From assembly GCF_048593235.1 (NCBI RefSeq), contig NC_133618.1, positions 148,579,162 through 148,643,161 on the forward strand: DNA of 64,000 bases, given 5' to 3'. How positions within the stretch are numbered: the first letter of the stretch is position 1; every line of letters starts with the position of its first letter. The position numbers were made by a program, and so were the translations under genes. The notes under the pieces were generated by a model. That model ran no database searches, was not told the DNA's origin, and saw only the letters and a program-made list of their open reading frames with translations. This stretch comes from Sminthopsis crassicaudata. Taxonomy: Eukaryota. Below, one piece after another: positions 36,841 through 50,800 of this stretch.

Positions 36841-39445
36841 GCTTTGATTTCTTCTTTTGAAATCTGCTTGTTCTTATCTTATATATTAAGGAATAGTTCT
36901 TCTTTTTATAAATATGACTGAGTTTCCTATATATTTAAGAAATGAGGTCTTTTCTGGAAAACTCATTGCAATTTTTTTCTGGTTTTGAGTTTTTCTACTA
37001 ATGTTGGCTGCATTCATTTTGTTCATGCAAAAGCTTTTTAATTTCATGTAGTCAAAATTATCTATTTTACTTCAAATTATCTCCTGTATTTCTTGTTTGG
37101 TTATAAACTCTTCCCCTATCCATAGATCTGAGAAGAAAATTTTTCCGTGCTCCCTTAATTTATTAATTATATCAGCTTTCATGTTTTAATCATTTATCCA
37201 TTTTGACCTTATCTTCATATATAGATGTTGGTCTGTATCTAGTTTCTATCATACTGCTTTCCAGTTTTCCCAGAAATTTTTATCAAATGTTGAGTTCTTG
37301 CCCCCATAAGTGGGATTCTGAGTTTATCAAACACTTTTTGATCAAACATTTACTGCTGTGTGTTGTATTCCTAATCCATCCCACTCATCTACACTTTTTT
37401 TCTTAACCAGTACCAGATTGCGTCAATGATTACTATGTTGTAATATAGTTTGAAATCTGGAATTTTGAGACCATCTTCCTTGTTATTTTTTATTCATTTC
37501 CTTGATACTTTTGTCCTATTTTTCCAGATAATTTTGCTACTATTTTTTGTAATTCTATAAAATAACTATTTGGTAGTTTGATTGTTATAGGACAAAATAA
37601 GTAAATTAACTTGGGAAGAAATATCATTTTTATTATATTAACTCAACCTACTCATGAACAATTAATATTTCTCTATTTGTTTAGATCCATCTTTAGTTTT
37701 ATGAAGTGTTTTGTAATTATGTTCATATAATCCTTGGGTTTATCTTGACAAGTGGTCTCCAAGTATTTTTTATTAGTAGTAGTTGTTTTAAATGGAATTT
37801 AAATGGGATATCTTCCTGCTGGATTTGGATGTATATAGTATGTAGGAATATTGGTAATTTGTTTTACATCCTGTAACTTTGTTGAAATTTTTAATTGATT
37901 CAATTAGTGTTTTAGTTGATTCCCTAGCAAAAGTTTTGTTTCCTTATTTCCTTTTTTATTTCTTCAATTTCTTTTTCTTTCTTGGTGCTATAACTAGAAT
38001 TTCTAGCACAATATTGAATAGTAGTCATGAAAATAGATATCCTTGGTTCACCTCTGATCCTACTGAGATCTAGCTTATCCATATTGCGGATAATTCTTGT
38101 TCTTGATTTTAGACAGATATTACTTACCATTTTAAGAGAGATTCTATTGATTATAAGCTTTCTAGTATTTTATTAGGAATGGATATTGTATTTTGTCAAA
38201 GGGTTTTTCTGCATCTATTAGTGGAATTATATGGTTTTTTTCTCCTTGTTATTGATATGGTCAGTCATGCATGCTGATTTTCCTAATTTTTCTAATTTGA
38301 ATTTAACTTTTTTTTAATTTCTTGAATAACTTTTTTTTAATAATTCCAATTTTTGTAATATTGGACCAGCCCTGCATACCTGATATAAATCCCACCTGGT
38401 CACAGTGTAAAATCTTTGTGATATATTGTTATCATCTCCTTGCTAGTATTTTATTCAAAATTTTTGTATTAATATGCATTAGGGAAATTAGTTTTCATTC
38501 TGATTTTGCTCTTCCTGATTTAGGTATCAACACCATATTTGACACATAAAAGGAATATTTCAAATAATACTGGGCTTCCTTAAATTCCTTAAGTTCCTTA
38601 AATATTTGCTAGAATTCTCTTATAAATCCATTTGGTCCTGGAGATTTTTTTAAGGAGCTAATTGATGGTTAGTTCAATTTCTTTTATTTCTAAGAGAGGA
38701 TTATATAAATTTTCTATTTCTTCTTCTATTAATCTGGATAGTTAATGCTTTTTTGCAAAAATTCATTTCACTTGGATAGCCAGTTTTGTTGGCATATAAG
38801 GAGGCAAAATAAATACTAATTATTACTTTAATTTCATCTTCATTAATGATGCATTCATTTTTTTCATTTTTAATAGTACTAATTTCTTCTTTTTTAAAAA
38901 AATAAATCAAAGTAAACAGATGGTTTATTTTATAGGTTGTTTTACTTATTGGTTCAATATGATTTTTCATTTTTATTTTTTGGATGTCTATAAATTGGAG
39001 ATTTTAGTTTGTTCTTTTTCTAGTTTTTTTAGTTGTGCCTAATTCAAAGACTTGCTCTTTCTTTCTTTTATTCATGTACACATTTAGAGATATAAGTTTT
39101 CCCCTAAGTATTCTTTGGCTACATCCCACAAATTTTTGAATGTTGACAAATTGTGGTTATTCTCTTTAATGAATTATTATTTCTATGATTTGTTCTTTGA
39201 TCTACTAATTCTTTAGGATTATATTTTTCAGTTTCCAATAAACTTTTAATCTATGTTTCCACTGCCCTTTATTAAATGTAATTTTTATTGCATTATAGTA
39301 TAAAAGGAATGCATTCAATATTTTTGCATTTGGTTATGAGGTTTTTATGCCCTAACACATGGTCAATTTTTGTGAAAGTACCATATACATCTGAGAAAAA
39401 GATATATTCCTTTTTATTCCCATTCTGTTTTCTCTGGAGTTCTTT

Positions 39446-39582
39446 NNNNNNNNNNNNNNNNNNNNNNNNNNNNNNNNNNNNNNNNNNNNNNNNNNNNNNN
39501 NNNNNNNNNNNNNNNNNNNNNNNNNNNNNNNNNNNNNNNNNNNNNNNNNNNNNNNNNNNNNNNNNNNNNNNNNNNNNNNNNN
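39446..39582. other. Assembly gap (137 N)
   Basis: N run. Confidence 1.
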
Positions 39583-39655
39583 GAGACCAGATTTGAACTT
39601 GAGTCCTCCTGAATTCAGGGCTGGTGCTCTATCCACTGTGCCACCTAGCTGCCCC
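39583..39655 (-). mobile_element. WSINE1-type SINE, 5' half; remainder probably in the adjacent gap
   Basis: Near-identical to the 55787-55929 copy; abuts the N-gap. Confidence 0.8.
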
Positions 39656-39789
39656 TCATTTCTTTCTTATATTTATGTTTATCTAACTCTGAGAGGGGAA
39701 AATTGAGGTCTCTGACTAGTATAGTTTACTATTTCCTAACTTTTTCTTTAAGAATTTGAATGTTATGATTTAAATATTAGAAGAACATA

Positions 39790-41180
39790 GAACAGTTTAC
39801 CATTCAGATCTATGGAGAAGGAAAGAATTTGTGGCCAAAGAAGAGCTGAAGCTCATTACTGAACACAAAATAGATAATTTTGATTATATTAAGTTAAAAA
39901 ATTTTTGTTTAAACAAAACTAATGCAGACAAGATTAGAAAGGAAGAAATAAATTGGAAAAAAACATTTTTATATCCAAGGGTTCTGATAAAGGCCTCATT
40001 TCTAAAATATATAGAGAATTGATTCAAAATTTTAAGAATTCAAGGCATTCTCCTGATGATAAATTATAAAAGGATATGAATAGATAATTTTCAGATGAAA
40101 TTAAAACCATTTCTAGTCATGAAAAGGTGCTCTAAATCACTACTGATCAGAGAAATGCAAATTAAGACAATTCTGAGGTACACACCTCTCAGATTATCTA
40201 AGATGACAGGGAAAGAAAATGATGAATGTTGGAGAGGATGTGGGAAAACTAGGACACTAATGCATTATTAATGGAACTATGAACTGATCTAACCATTCTG
40301 GAGAGCAATTTGGAATTATGCTCAAAGGGTTATCAAACTGTACACACCTTTTGATCTAGCAGTGTTCCTAGTGGGCTTATATCCCAAAGAAATCTTAAAG
40401 GAAGGAAAGAGTGGCAAGAAAGTGGAAACTGAGTGGATACCCATCAGTTGGAAAATGGCTGAATAAGTTATGGTATATGCATGTTATGGAATATTACTTT
40501 TTCATAAAAAAAGATTAGCAGGATGATTTCAGAGATGCCTGGAAAGATTTACATGAACTGATGCTAAGTGAAATGAACAGAACCAGGAGATTATTGTACA
40601 TGGCAACATCAAGATTATACAATGATCAATTCTGATAGACATGACTCTCTTTCAATAATGAGATGATTGAATGAAAAGAGGCAGAGAAAGGAAGAGGGAA
40701 CTGAATGTGGATCCCAACATAGCATTTTCACTTCTTTTGTTATTGTTTGCTTGCATTTTGTCTTCTTTCTCATTTTTTCCTTTTTGATTTGATTTTTCTT
40801 GTGTAACAAGATAATTGTATTAATATGTATGTCTATATTGGATTTACATATATTTTACTATGTCTAACATATATTGGATTTACTTGCTGTCTACTAGGGT
40901 AAGGGAATGGGGGTAAATTGGAATACAAGGCTTTGCAAGGGTCAATGTTGAAAAATTATCCTTGCATATGTTTTGAAAATAAAAAAGCTTCAATAAAAAA
41001 GAAATAATAGGATATATATATAGGAAAATTGCACACATATATTGTATTACTTGCAGTCTAGGAGGGAGGGTGGGGGAAAGGAAGGGAAAAAAATTGGAAC
41101 ACAAGGTTTTAGAAGGGTGAAAGTTGAAAATTATTTATGCATATGTTTTGAAAATTACAAGTTTTAATAAAATAATTAAA
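39790..41180 (+). mobile_element. Sense L1 3' fragment with two successive 3' termini (about 40870-41000 and 41030-41180)
   Basis: Relic frame AKEELKLITEHKIDNFDYIKLKNFCLNKTNADKIRKE resembles L1 ORF2; same tail as 4230-4390. Confidence 0.88.
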
Positions 41181-44100
41181 AGTTGTTAGTTTTCCAATTA
41201 ATGAAAAAAATTAATTTGGATACTATATCATTTGATGTGTCTATAGTATTGATATTACTTCATTGTCTGTAGTTTCTTTTAGTAAGATATAATTTCCCTG
41301 ATTATCCCTTTTAATTGGGTCTATTTTTGTTTTTCTTGTGTCTAAGAATATGATTGCTATTTCTGCCTTTTTCTTTTTTACTTTGGCTAAAGCATAATAA
41401 ATTTTGCTCCTCCCTCCTAATTAATTTTTTTGAAAAAAAGAAAAAATGTTTCAATTCATAGCTGGATTGTCCAATAAAGCAAACCCCCACAGTGTTCTTT
41501 CTCTACATTTTAAATTCATCATTTCTGCTAAAAAGTGGTTAATATTTCCTTTTCATTCTTTTGGACTTTTTAATCATTGCAATTATCAGACTTGGTCTTT
41601 CAAAGTTGTTTTCTCTATAATCTCATTATTGTATAAAATGATCTAGTTCTGCTTACTTTGTTCTGCATTAGTTCATGGAAATCTTTCCAGTTTCCCTGAA
41701 ATTATAAACAATAATAATGCATTACATTCATTAGCACAATTTGCTTAACATTCCCTTAGTTTCTAATTTTTGACTACTGGGAAAAGAACTGGTATAACTG
41801 GTATAAGTATTGTTTTATATCTAAAGCCTTTTCCTCTTTTTCTGATTTATTTGGGGAATACAGGCCTAGTAGTAGGATAGCTGTGTTAAAGGATATGCAT
41901 AATTTGGTAACTTTCCATTACATTATAAACTCCTTGGGGATAGGGCCTATCTTTCGCCACTTTTTGTATTCCCAGTGCTTAGCATAGTGATTGGCACAGA
42001 GTAAGTGCTTAATAAATGTTTATTGACTATTGATTCAACCTCACAGAAGTGGTTCCAAATTGCTTTCCAGAATGGATTGGCCGATTCACAGCTAGGTCAA
42101 CAAAGAATACACAGACCTGTTTTCCCAAAGACCCTCCAATATATCAATATCCTTTTTTTGTCCATTTTTGTCAATCTTGATAAAATATGAGAGAGAGTCT
42201 CAAAGCTGCTCTGATTTGCATTTCTCTATTAGCGGGTTAGAACAATTATTCATATGGTTGTTAATAGCTTAAATTTCTTCCTTTAAAACGGTCTGTTTAT
42301 ATCCTTTGACTGTTTTTGGGAAACAGTTCTAAATCTTAAACAGCTGAAAGATTTCCTTATGTCTTGGATATGAGTTCTCATAATGTGATTTGAGAGCATC
42401 TGAATCTTCAAGACTCAGTTTACCTGCTTCAGGAAGCCTTTTTCAGACCACCCCACTCCACAGTGCTGTCTCACTACTCTGACAGTTACTGTTTGTACTC
42501 CCCAGAGCAACAACACTTTTATTTCTGTTAACTCTGATGTTTGAAAATCACTTTCTTCTGAATAGCTTTCACAGTTAACTCTATTTTACAGTGGAAGAAA
42601 TTGAAACATACAGGCTAACAAGCATTCCAATAGGAATCTAACAAGTAGCAAAACTTTTTCCATTGCTCTACTGTTCTGCTTGTACCTGCTTTTCTGGGAC
42701 AGTATCAATTTCAAATATTAGGCAACAATTTGTCCTGTATCTTTCTAATGTATAATTATTAACATCTAAGAATATAACATGAGAAGAAAAACTTTTTAAA
42801 AAGTTTTGTCTTTTATCCCTTGTACCTACTACAGTGACATATACATTAAGTGCTTTAAAAATGTGTTGTTCAGCCTTCATTTTCAAAGAGAACCAAGGAC
42901 ACGATAATGTTGATGTCCTGAAATGCATGTGAATTGGATTTAAGTGAGGCAGAGCTGCACAAAACCTCACTCCTCCAGAGTCATTGATTGTTGAAGGCTG
43001 TGTAGTCTTGAATAAATTACTTACCTTCTCTGAGCTTCAGTTTATCCATCCATAAAATGAAGGGGTTAGATTTCCTTTTTAGTTCTAAATCTATGATCCT
43101 ATGAAATGTGTTAGGTCTCATCCTTCTACTATCCTGTAACCTTAAAGAGTGAAGAAATTGTATATTGTCCAAATCCTACATTTCTCCCAATAAGTAGCTT
43201 TTACCAGTTTTTACCAATGCCTTGCATATGGTAGATGATTAATAAGGGGGAAAGAATAAAGTTTAATAGCACCTGTTATGTTCTAGGCAGTGTGCTAAAC
43301 ACTTTACAAAATTTGTCTCATTGGTCCTCACAATAACCCTGAAAGGTATTGTTATCCCCATTTTTCAGTTAAGGAAACTGAGGCATATAGAGTTAAATAA
43401 ATCGCCCAGGTTTACACAACTAGTCAGCACATGAGATGGGATTTGAAATCAGATCCTCCCAACTCTAGCACACTATCTGCTGTAGTCCTTAACTGTCTCC
43501 AATATGTGTTTAATAAAAATTCTGAACTGTTTTCCCTTAACCTATCCAAATATCCCAGAAATCACAGTATTTGGGTAAATAGTAAATGAATAAACCAATT
43601 CAGAAAGTATTTCAACAACAAAAAAATACATCTTTCAGAAAATATTGTGAATCACACAAAAGTTAGAGATTCACAGTCTGAAGAAATATCATTACTCATG
43701 AAAACATGTACATACTAGCTCATGAGATATGTAACAATGGCCTTGTGGGAGGCATTTCCATGTGCAAGACAAATGTGGAGCTGTAACCTGTGAAACTTCA
43801 TCTAGGTCAAATCCAGCAAGAGAGGGGAGCAGAGACGGGGCCGTGGGACAGGTGGAGTAGGAATTGCAGCCCTGTGCTCCTTTGTACAAGCCCTCTCTCA
43901 GAGTAAGGATGTCCCATTCCATGTCACTGCCTGGAACAAAATCCTGTCCTCCTCACGCTAGTTCTAGCTTTGTGTAGGTTATATGATAAGCTGTGACATT
44001 CCCAGGAATAAAGTCTCCAGAGGCTTCCCTGCATATGCTGATATAAAAGCCCACATAATTATGACAAAGACAAAAGAAATAATTGTGTTCTGACTTGGGG

Positions 44101-44579
44101 GTTTGAAAACACAGTCATTTTACATCTTATCTTCCCAACTAGACTATGCTTTAGGAGAGTAGAGAGGAAGTCTTTTTCTTTTCTGTATGCTTTCATGTGG
44201 GTATCTGATACAGAACTTTACATATCCTTCTTGTATGGCATTTGACAATGGTTGACAAGGATGCTAGAATTTCAAGCTAGAAAGAACTTTAGAGATCACC
44301 TAATACCAGGGCTTGCATTTTACAGAAGGGGAAAGTGAGGCCCACAGCTTGCCTAGGATCACATAGCAAGTAAATACCAAAGCCAGGATTCAAACTGGTC
44401 TTTTTAACTCAGTGTATCCATGACACAAAACTGGATAATCCCAGGATACCAGCTTCAGGTGAATTTCTGCACCTTGGTACAATCTTGAGATTATAAACTA
44501 AGCAAACATTCACTGAAACAACTTACTCTGTGCAGAGCATTGAGACTGAGAGGTATGGCTCCAAGCACGGGAGACAAAG

Positions 44580-45260
44580 ACTTAGGAAAGTGAAAACACT
44601 TTATTGGTTCAAAGGTACACCTGCTACCTTCCTCCTCTACATTCCAGCTGCACGCAGAGTCACATACAGAGTGGGCACATGGGAAAGGGAAAGTAAGGAA
44701 AAGGGCAGAGGAAGAAGGAGAGGGGAAGAAGGGAAAAAAAGAGTTGGGGGAAAAGGAGGGCATGATTCTGGGTCACACAGCAAGAAGAAAAAAACCAGAA
44801 AGGAGCCAAGGAGCCTGAGCCCCATTTCAAACCCACCAGGTCCCTTTTACTCTTGAGCAGCCTTGGAGGAAGACAGTCCATGGAAGCACCCCTCACCCCA
44901 AGTCCAGGTCCCCTTCCTAGGAAGTGCTTTCAGCAAAACTGAGGGAGTAGTAAAGATTTATCTTGGCAACCCAAAAACTGGCAGCTTCTTGGCAAGTGAT
45001 ACAGGCATTCAAGCTGACAGGGCTCCTCCCCTCTGAGATCAGCAGCTTGTACCTCACCCTCTGGCAGTGGGCAGGCGAGGGTAGTCTGGGAAAAAATCCA
45101 GGCCCTCCCAGAAGCTGCAAAGAAAACAGAATCATCAGGACTGGACAGGGCTGCGCTACCTAATCTTGGAGGCCTGGGCAGGGGAAGCTAAATTGTCCTC
45201 TGCTCAGCCTACTCCTTCCATGATGAAAGCTCTGATCCTCCTAGGTTATTTTTCCTCTGT
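44580..45260 (-). other. PROM2: Putative non-coding terminal (3'UTR) exon of PROM2
   Basis: Pyrimidine-rich acceptor ctctttcccttccag| before 45260 pairs with the donor at 46336, and AATAAA lies at 44605-44600. Boundaries are inferred, not transcript-confirmed. Confidence 0.5.
44600..44605 (-). terminator. Putative PROM2 polyadenylation signal AATAAA
   Basis: Minus strand accAATAAAgtgttttcactttcc followed by T/GT-rich sequence; first AATAAA I found downstream of the putative last acceptor. Confidence 0.5.
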
Positions 45261-46343
45261 CTGGAAGGGAAAGAGTCTCCTTCCTAGGGACGGGTTCTAT
45301 AAATTTAGACAACTAAAATTAAAGGTACAGGGGAGAGGAGAGAGAGACTTGGGACTGGGGAAGAGATATGCTTACAGGGAACCAATGGAAAAGAAAACAG
45401 GAGTGAATAAATGAGAGAGGGAGCAAAGAAAAGGAGGTGAGGCTATACATGGAGGAAGGGGATGGGCTAAAGGGCAAGGTAGACTGTTGAAACCCTATCC
45501 TTTAAGGTTCAACTCCTTGTCATTTCCTCCATGAAATCTTCCTTCATTTTCCCATTCCATCAGCCAGACATGATCTCTCTGCATTGAGTGTGTACCTTTC
45601 TACTTTGGGCACATACATGTATCCTCTCTCCTAATAGATTTTACACTGCCCACCAGCAAGGACTGTGCCTGTGCTATATTCTTCCTTGTATCATGAGAGT
45701 CTAGCATAGAGCCTTGCAACACAGTTAATAATAAATGTTTGAATGAATGAATGAGTAAATGAATGGGACTAGATTATAGGGCTGAAATGGGAAGGGGAGG
45801 AGAATAAAAGGGAGCCAAAGTGAAGAGAGTTGCTGAAGGAAGATGCAGGAGCAGCAACGTTAAGATCACGAAGGTAGTGAATAGGTACAAACCTAGGTGG
45901 ATAGAAATAATTTGGGGAAATCTCTAGGCTGAATTAATATGGTATACCAGATACCTGGAGGGTCCAAAATGGTCTGCTGAAGGGCAATAAAACTGGGCTA
46001 AGGAAATGGGGATTGATTTCACTTATAAAAATGTAAAAAAAAAATTTAAAAATAAAGTCTTTTATTTAAGGCTAAAGATTGAAGGAGAAGAACATAAATG
46101 GCTGAGCAAAGAAATCTTGCTCCTTAGCAATGGTGGGGAAGACAAGCTCAAGCTTTCCTAGAGCACCAGACCCCAAAACCCCAGAGATGCTCAGACAAAG
46201 CCCCTCCTCTGCTTCCCTCCTCCCTCCCCCAGTGGGACTTCACACCAGGGAAGCATGGTTTCTGTGATCCCTACTGCTCAGGGCCTCATTTTCCAAGCTC
46301 CTCTCCCTGGGATACAGAGAAATCCTTCTCCTTACCCTGGATC

Positions 46344-46407
46344 CTATAGTTTCAGTGACGTGACTCTGGGGATGTGAAAAAGCTGGGTCTCCTCAGAGCT
46401 GGTAGAG
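46344..46407 (-). CDS. PROM2: PROM2 last coding exon (about 23): (S)[20 protein letters not shown]; exon continues 8 nt to a donor at 46336
   Basis: ccacag|CTCT...CTA TAG gatccagg|gtaagg. Confidence 0.96.
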
Positions 46408-47843
46408 CTGTGGCCAGGAGAAGGATGTTAGGGAGTCTCATTTCCCACCCCCCTTCATCTCCAGGAGCCTGAGGACAAGAAGCTAAGAGAGCCAGCCCAC
46501 TTTCTCCCCCACATCCCTCAGAATGGCAGCCCTTGGCCCTTGGGTGGGACAAATGCAGCAGAAAGCCAGATAGGTCAGACCTATAGAAAACCTTTGTTAC
46601 CCTGAGGCTTGGTAAGATCTGGACTTCTTTCTGGGATGTCTTAGGGCCATGACTGGAAGTCAGTGACCAGACAAAAGGATTACGAGTGACCCTCATCCTG
46701 GGACCTTATTAATAGCTCACCTTAAGCGTTTTCTGATAGGTCGGAAGTGCTTGGTGGTTTTGATGGCAAAGATGATGCTGGGAATAAGCAAGAAGGTGCA
46801 CCAGGCCAGGCAGAACCAGAAGGCATTCTGAAACACACAGGCTCAGACAAATGAAAGGTGTTCACTTAACCTCAGGAACCAAACCAGAGCAACCCTGCCC
46901 AGCTGGTGGGAGAACTGAGGTGAACTTGAATAGCAGAGAGGAAAGTCTCTAGAGATCCATGAGGAGCCCCGGGAGAAGGACTAAGTAGAGGCTAAATAGC
47001 TATTAAAGGTGGTGGTTTCTGGAGCTCTTTCCACCTTGGAGAGTGTATGCTCCTGTTATCTCACCACCTTCTTGTTTCATACCCATGGCAATGCCTTGAA
47101 TGGCATGCCCTGGGCACAGCCTCAAAAGGAGGGAAAACGAAAGGGAGAGGGCAATGGTTCTGAGACAAAGACCCAAGGAGGGTAAGCATCATATCAGGTG
47201 AGGAGGGAGACCTAGAATTCAAGCTCTTAAAGAGCAGCAGCTACTTTATGCTTTTTCTGCATTCCTGCCATGCCCTCCTTACAATGGACATTCTACTTCC
47301 TGATTTGGTTTTATGGGAAAGAGGGCACTTACCCAGGGATTAGCGATAAGGTCACATAGGATCACCCGGCCGTTGTCCAGTGCCCCAGCCAGGGGTTGGC
47401 AAGTGGCAATGTGCTCCGTAACCTGTGGAGGCAAAGTTACTAGGGAGAAGTTGTGGGAGGGGACCTGGGTCATCAGGTCTCTATTCTCCTTCTCTTCTCC
47501 CTTTCTAATGCTCCCATGGGAAAAACATCCTAATGTCCACAGAAAAGTGCTCCATTGAGAGGGGAGAGGGGATTCCCTAAGAAATGTCCAGAAGCCTAAG
47601 AGTAGATAGAATAACTCAGTCAGCACCAAGAATACCTTAAGATGTCCTTGGCATAGATTACTTTGGCTGAGGCTAGGGATTTCATCTCCCCTCCCTGACC
47701 ATTTTTGTCCTGTACAATCCAAAGATTGTACATCATAGCAACCTCAAAGAGGTCTGTCTGTCTCCTCTTCCACTTCTACTTCTACTCCTTGACAAACAAC
47801 AAAACACAAATGCATTGAGAGAGATAGGAGAGAGACAGAGAGT

Positions 47844-47877
<34 letters not shown>

Positions 47878-50800
47878 AAAAACAGAAAAAGATACAAAGA
47901 AAGCAAAGAAAGAAGGAGAGAGGGAGGGAGAGAGGGGGAAGAAAGTAGGGAGAGAGGGGGAGGAAGGCAGGGAGAAAGACAGACAGAGACAGAGATAGAA
48001 ACAGAAAGATGGAGAAAGAAAGGAGGGAGGGAGAGAGAGAGAAAGAGATAGGGAGAGACAGGGAGACAGAAAAGACTGGAATGTCTCCCCTAGCCCAACT
48101 CAATACTATTCAACAAATAATTATTAAGCTCCTACCAAAGACCAAACACTATGCTGGAATTGGCAAGACAAAGACAGACATCCCTGCTTTAAAGAATTAT
48201 GTTATTGCTACTAAATATTATATTCTTACACCTCAAATCTTTACTTGCCAACATTCTAACCCATTTATCAAGAACTATATCAAAGTCACTTCCTTCAAGA
48301 AGTCTTCTCTTATTCCCCAGGCTAAAAGTGATCTCTGCCATTTCTGAGTTCCTAAACCATTTTGTGCCACTTACACAACATTTATCTTATACTGCTTAAT
48401 ATTGTAGTTAATTGAATAATTATCTTCTCTCAACTCTAAGACAAGGACAGAGACTATTCATCTTGTATCACAGATAGCTCTTGACACACAGTAGCTACTC
48501 CTTTGCACATTTGTTGGGCAAGAAAATGATCATAAATACACATGTACATATAGGGACATGAGGATTTGTAGGGTAAGAACATTCACAGAGACACAAATAG
48601 ATCAGCATGTACACTTAAATATGGTTATATGCAGAGCCATATAAAGATATACATAGATATATAACATATGATAATAATACTAATAAGCATTTATATGGTA
48701 TTTTAAGGTGTGTAAAATATTTGTCATCCTTGATTGCATTTGCTATTACAACTTTACAGTTATACCCTGATATTCCTAGACTCGTCTGTAGATGAGGAAA
48801 CTGAGGCTGAGATATGGAGTCATTTGTCCATAGTCAGACAACTACTCCATATCAGAGACAAAATAGGAATCCAGATCTCTCCTCTCCTCTCCAACTTCCA
48901 TGTGCTTTCTGACATGCCAGATTGTCTCTCATGCATAAACATATGCAAGCAGGCACATTGCCTGATTTTCTGCTCAAAACAATATCTGTTGGGCATCTCC
49001 TGGAGTCTGCCCATCACTATGTCAGGTGCTATGTATGGGAAATAAAAAAGACAAACACACACTGGAAGATTGCAGTTTTGGCTAGGGGACAATTCATCCA
49101 TCTATATAACAGTGAGACCACAGCTAGACTTTGCATGATTTGGGAGAAAGAGCTCTAAGCTAGAAATCGGGAGACTCTCCCCCCAGTCCACCACCATGTC
49201 CTTTCTACTTCAGGCTCTGTAATCCTCTGCTTATATGACTGTTGGCAAATTATTTCCCATTTCTCCAGGCTTCAGACTTCTCATCTATAAAATGAGAAGA
49301 CGGGACTAAAATCATAATATTTAGAGTTAGAAAGACCTTAGGGGTCATCTTAGCTAACTTTTCTACCACTCTGTAAGGAAAATGAGATGTTAATAAGTCA
49401 AATGACTTGCCAAAAATCCCCCAAGCAACATTGGAGCATAAATTCAAACCTAAGTTTTCTGTTTCCAAATCAAGAGCTCCTCACAGAGATTAAAGGCAAA
49501 GAGATGTGAAGGCTCAAGGTGGGATTTAGGGGCAGTGACCCAGAGAAGGGTTTGTATAGAGGGTAATAGGAAAAAGATTGTCTGGGTATCTGGGGGAAAA
49601 CTAGATGGCCTTGAACACCAAGCTAGAGAATATGGACTTGCTCCTATAAGCAGGGAGGCTCCATAGAGAATTTGTGAGCATGTTCCAATTCCATTTGCTG
49701 CAGGAGACTCTTCCCAATCATCCCCACTGTTACTGCCCTCATTTGAGATTGATTTCCATTTACACTGTATATATCTTACATGTACACTTTTTTGATGTTG
49801 TCTCCCCCAATATGATGTGAGCTCCTTGAAGGCAATGACTTTTGTGGGAGAAAAGACTGTGTGCTTTATTTCTTCTTTTTTTGTATCCCTCATGCTTAGC
49901 ACAGTATCTGATACATAGTAAGTATTTAAATGCTTGTGACTGACTCATTTTCTGCACAAATAATCTGATAGCAGCACTTGTGGAGAGGATTGGTAGGTGA
50001 GGAAATGGGAATGGAAAGATTACTTCAGAAGTTATTCCCGGCTGCCTGAGTTCCCATGACTCACCATCTCTCGAGCCCAGTCCCCATATTGATTGAAGTA
50101 TGCCATTTCTCGATTCAGGAAGCATTCACTTTCCTGTGAAGACAGGACACCTGTTTCTTAGAAAGAGCTGAAAAAGTCTACCTTTAGCTTTGAGACCCAT
50201 CTTCTCAAACATCCCAAGAACTGCCTGTTAGAGGCAGGATTGAAGTAGAAACACAAGATTCTAGAGTAACAGGAAAAAGCTAGAATCCATAAATTATATG
50301 CCCAGTGTCAGGATGAGACACAGCTCACCCTTCTCTTCTCGCTCCCCACCCCACCCCGTGTTTCAGGTCCCCAAATTCTGACCTTTCCTTTTCACTCACA
50401 TTCCTCAAAATCCAGTGAGCCCGGACAGGAAGCTCAGTTTTCAGGGTGCTTGCATTGACCAGAGTTTCTGAAACCACCAGCTGAGGGATGGCAGAGGGAC
50501 ATAAATTGAGGGCAAGGAGGATTGGAGATCTGGTTTCAAAATGCTGACCTAGGACCCTGTTCCTTAGATGACATCTCCTTCACTTCCCTCACTGTCTACT
50601 CCTGGCAAGGTAGAGTTTGGGGGTCATTCCTGTTCCCCTCTTGGCTTTTCCCACTAGAACCTGCAATCTTAGAGTTCCTCTCTGACATTCCTCCCAATCA
50701 CTCCCCAGTTGTCTTGGAGATATTAGACATCCCAAACCCCTGGTCTCCACAGTCCCCACCCCAAACACAGCACCTGGAGGTTTGAGGCAGATGCTGACAG

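Larger units (their letters stand above)
36130..42330 (-). mobile_element. Long degraded antisense L1 hosting a solo LTR, a WSINE1, a sense L1 and an L2-like end
   Basis: T-rich antisense ORF2-like sequence over about 3.3 kb (36850-39445), resuming at 39660, 41200 and 42040; many stops and frameshifts. Confidence 0.8.
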
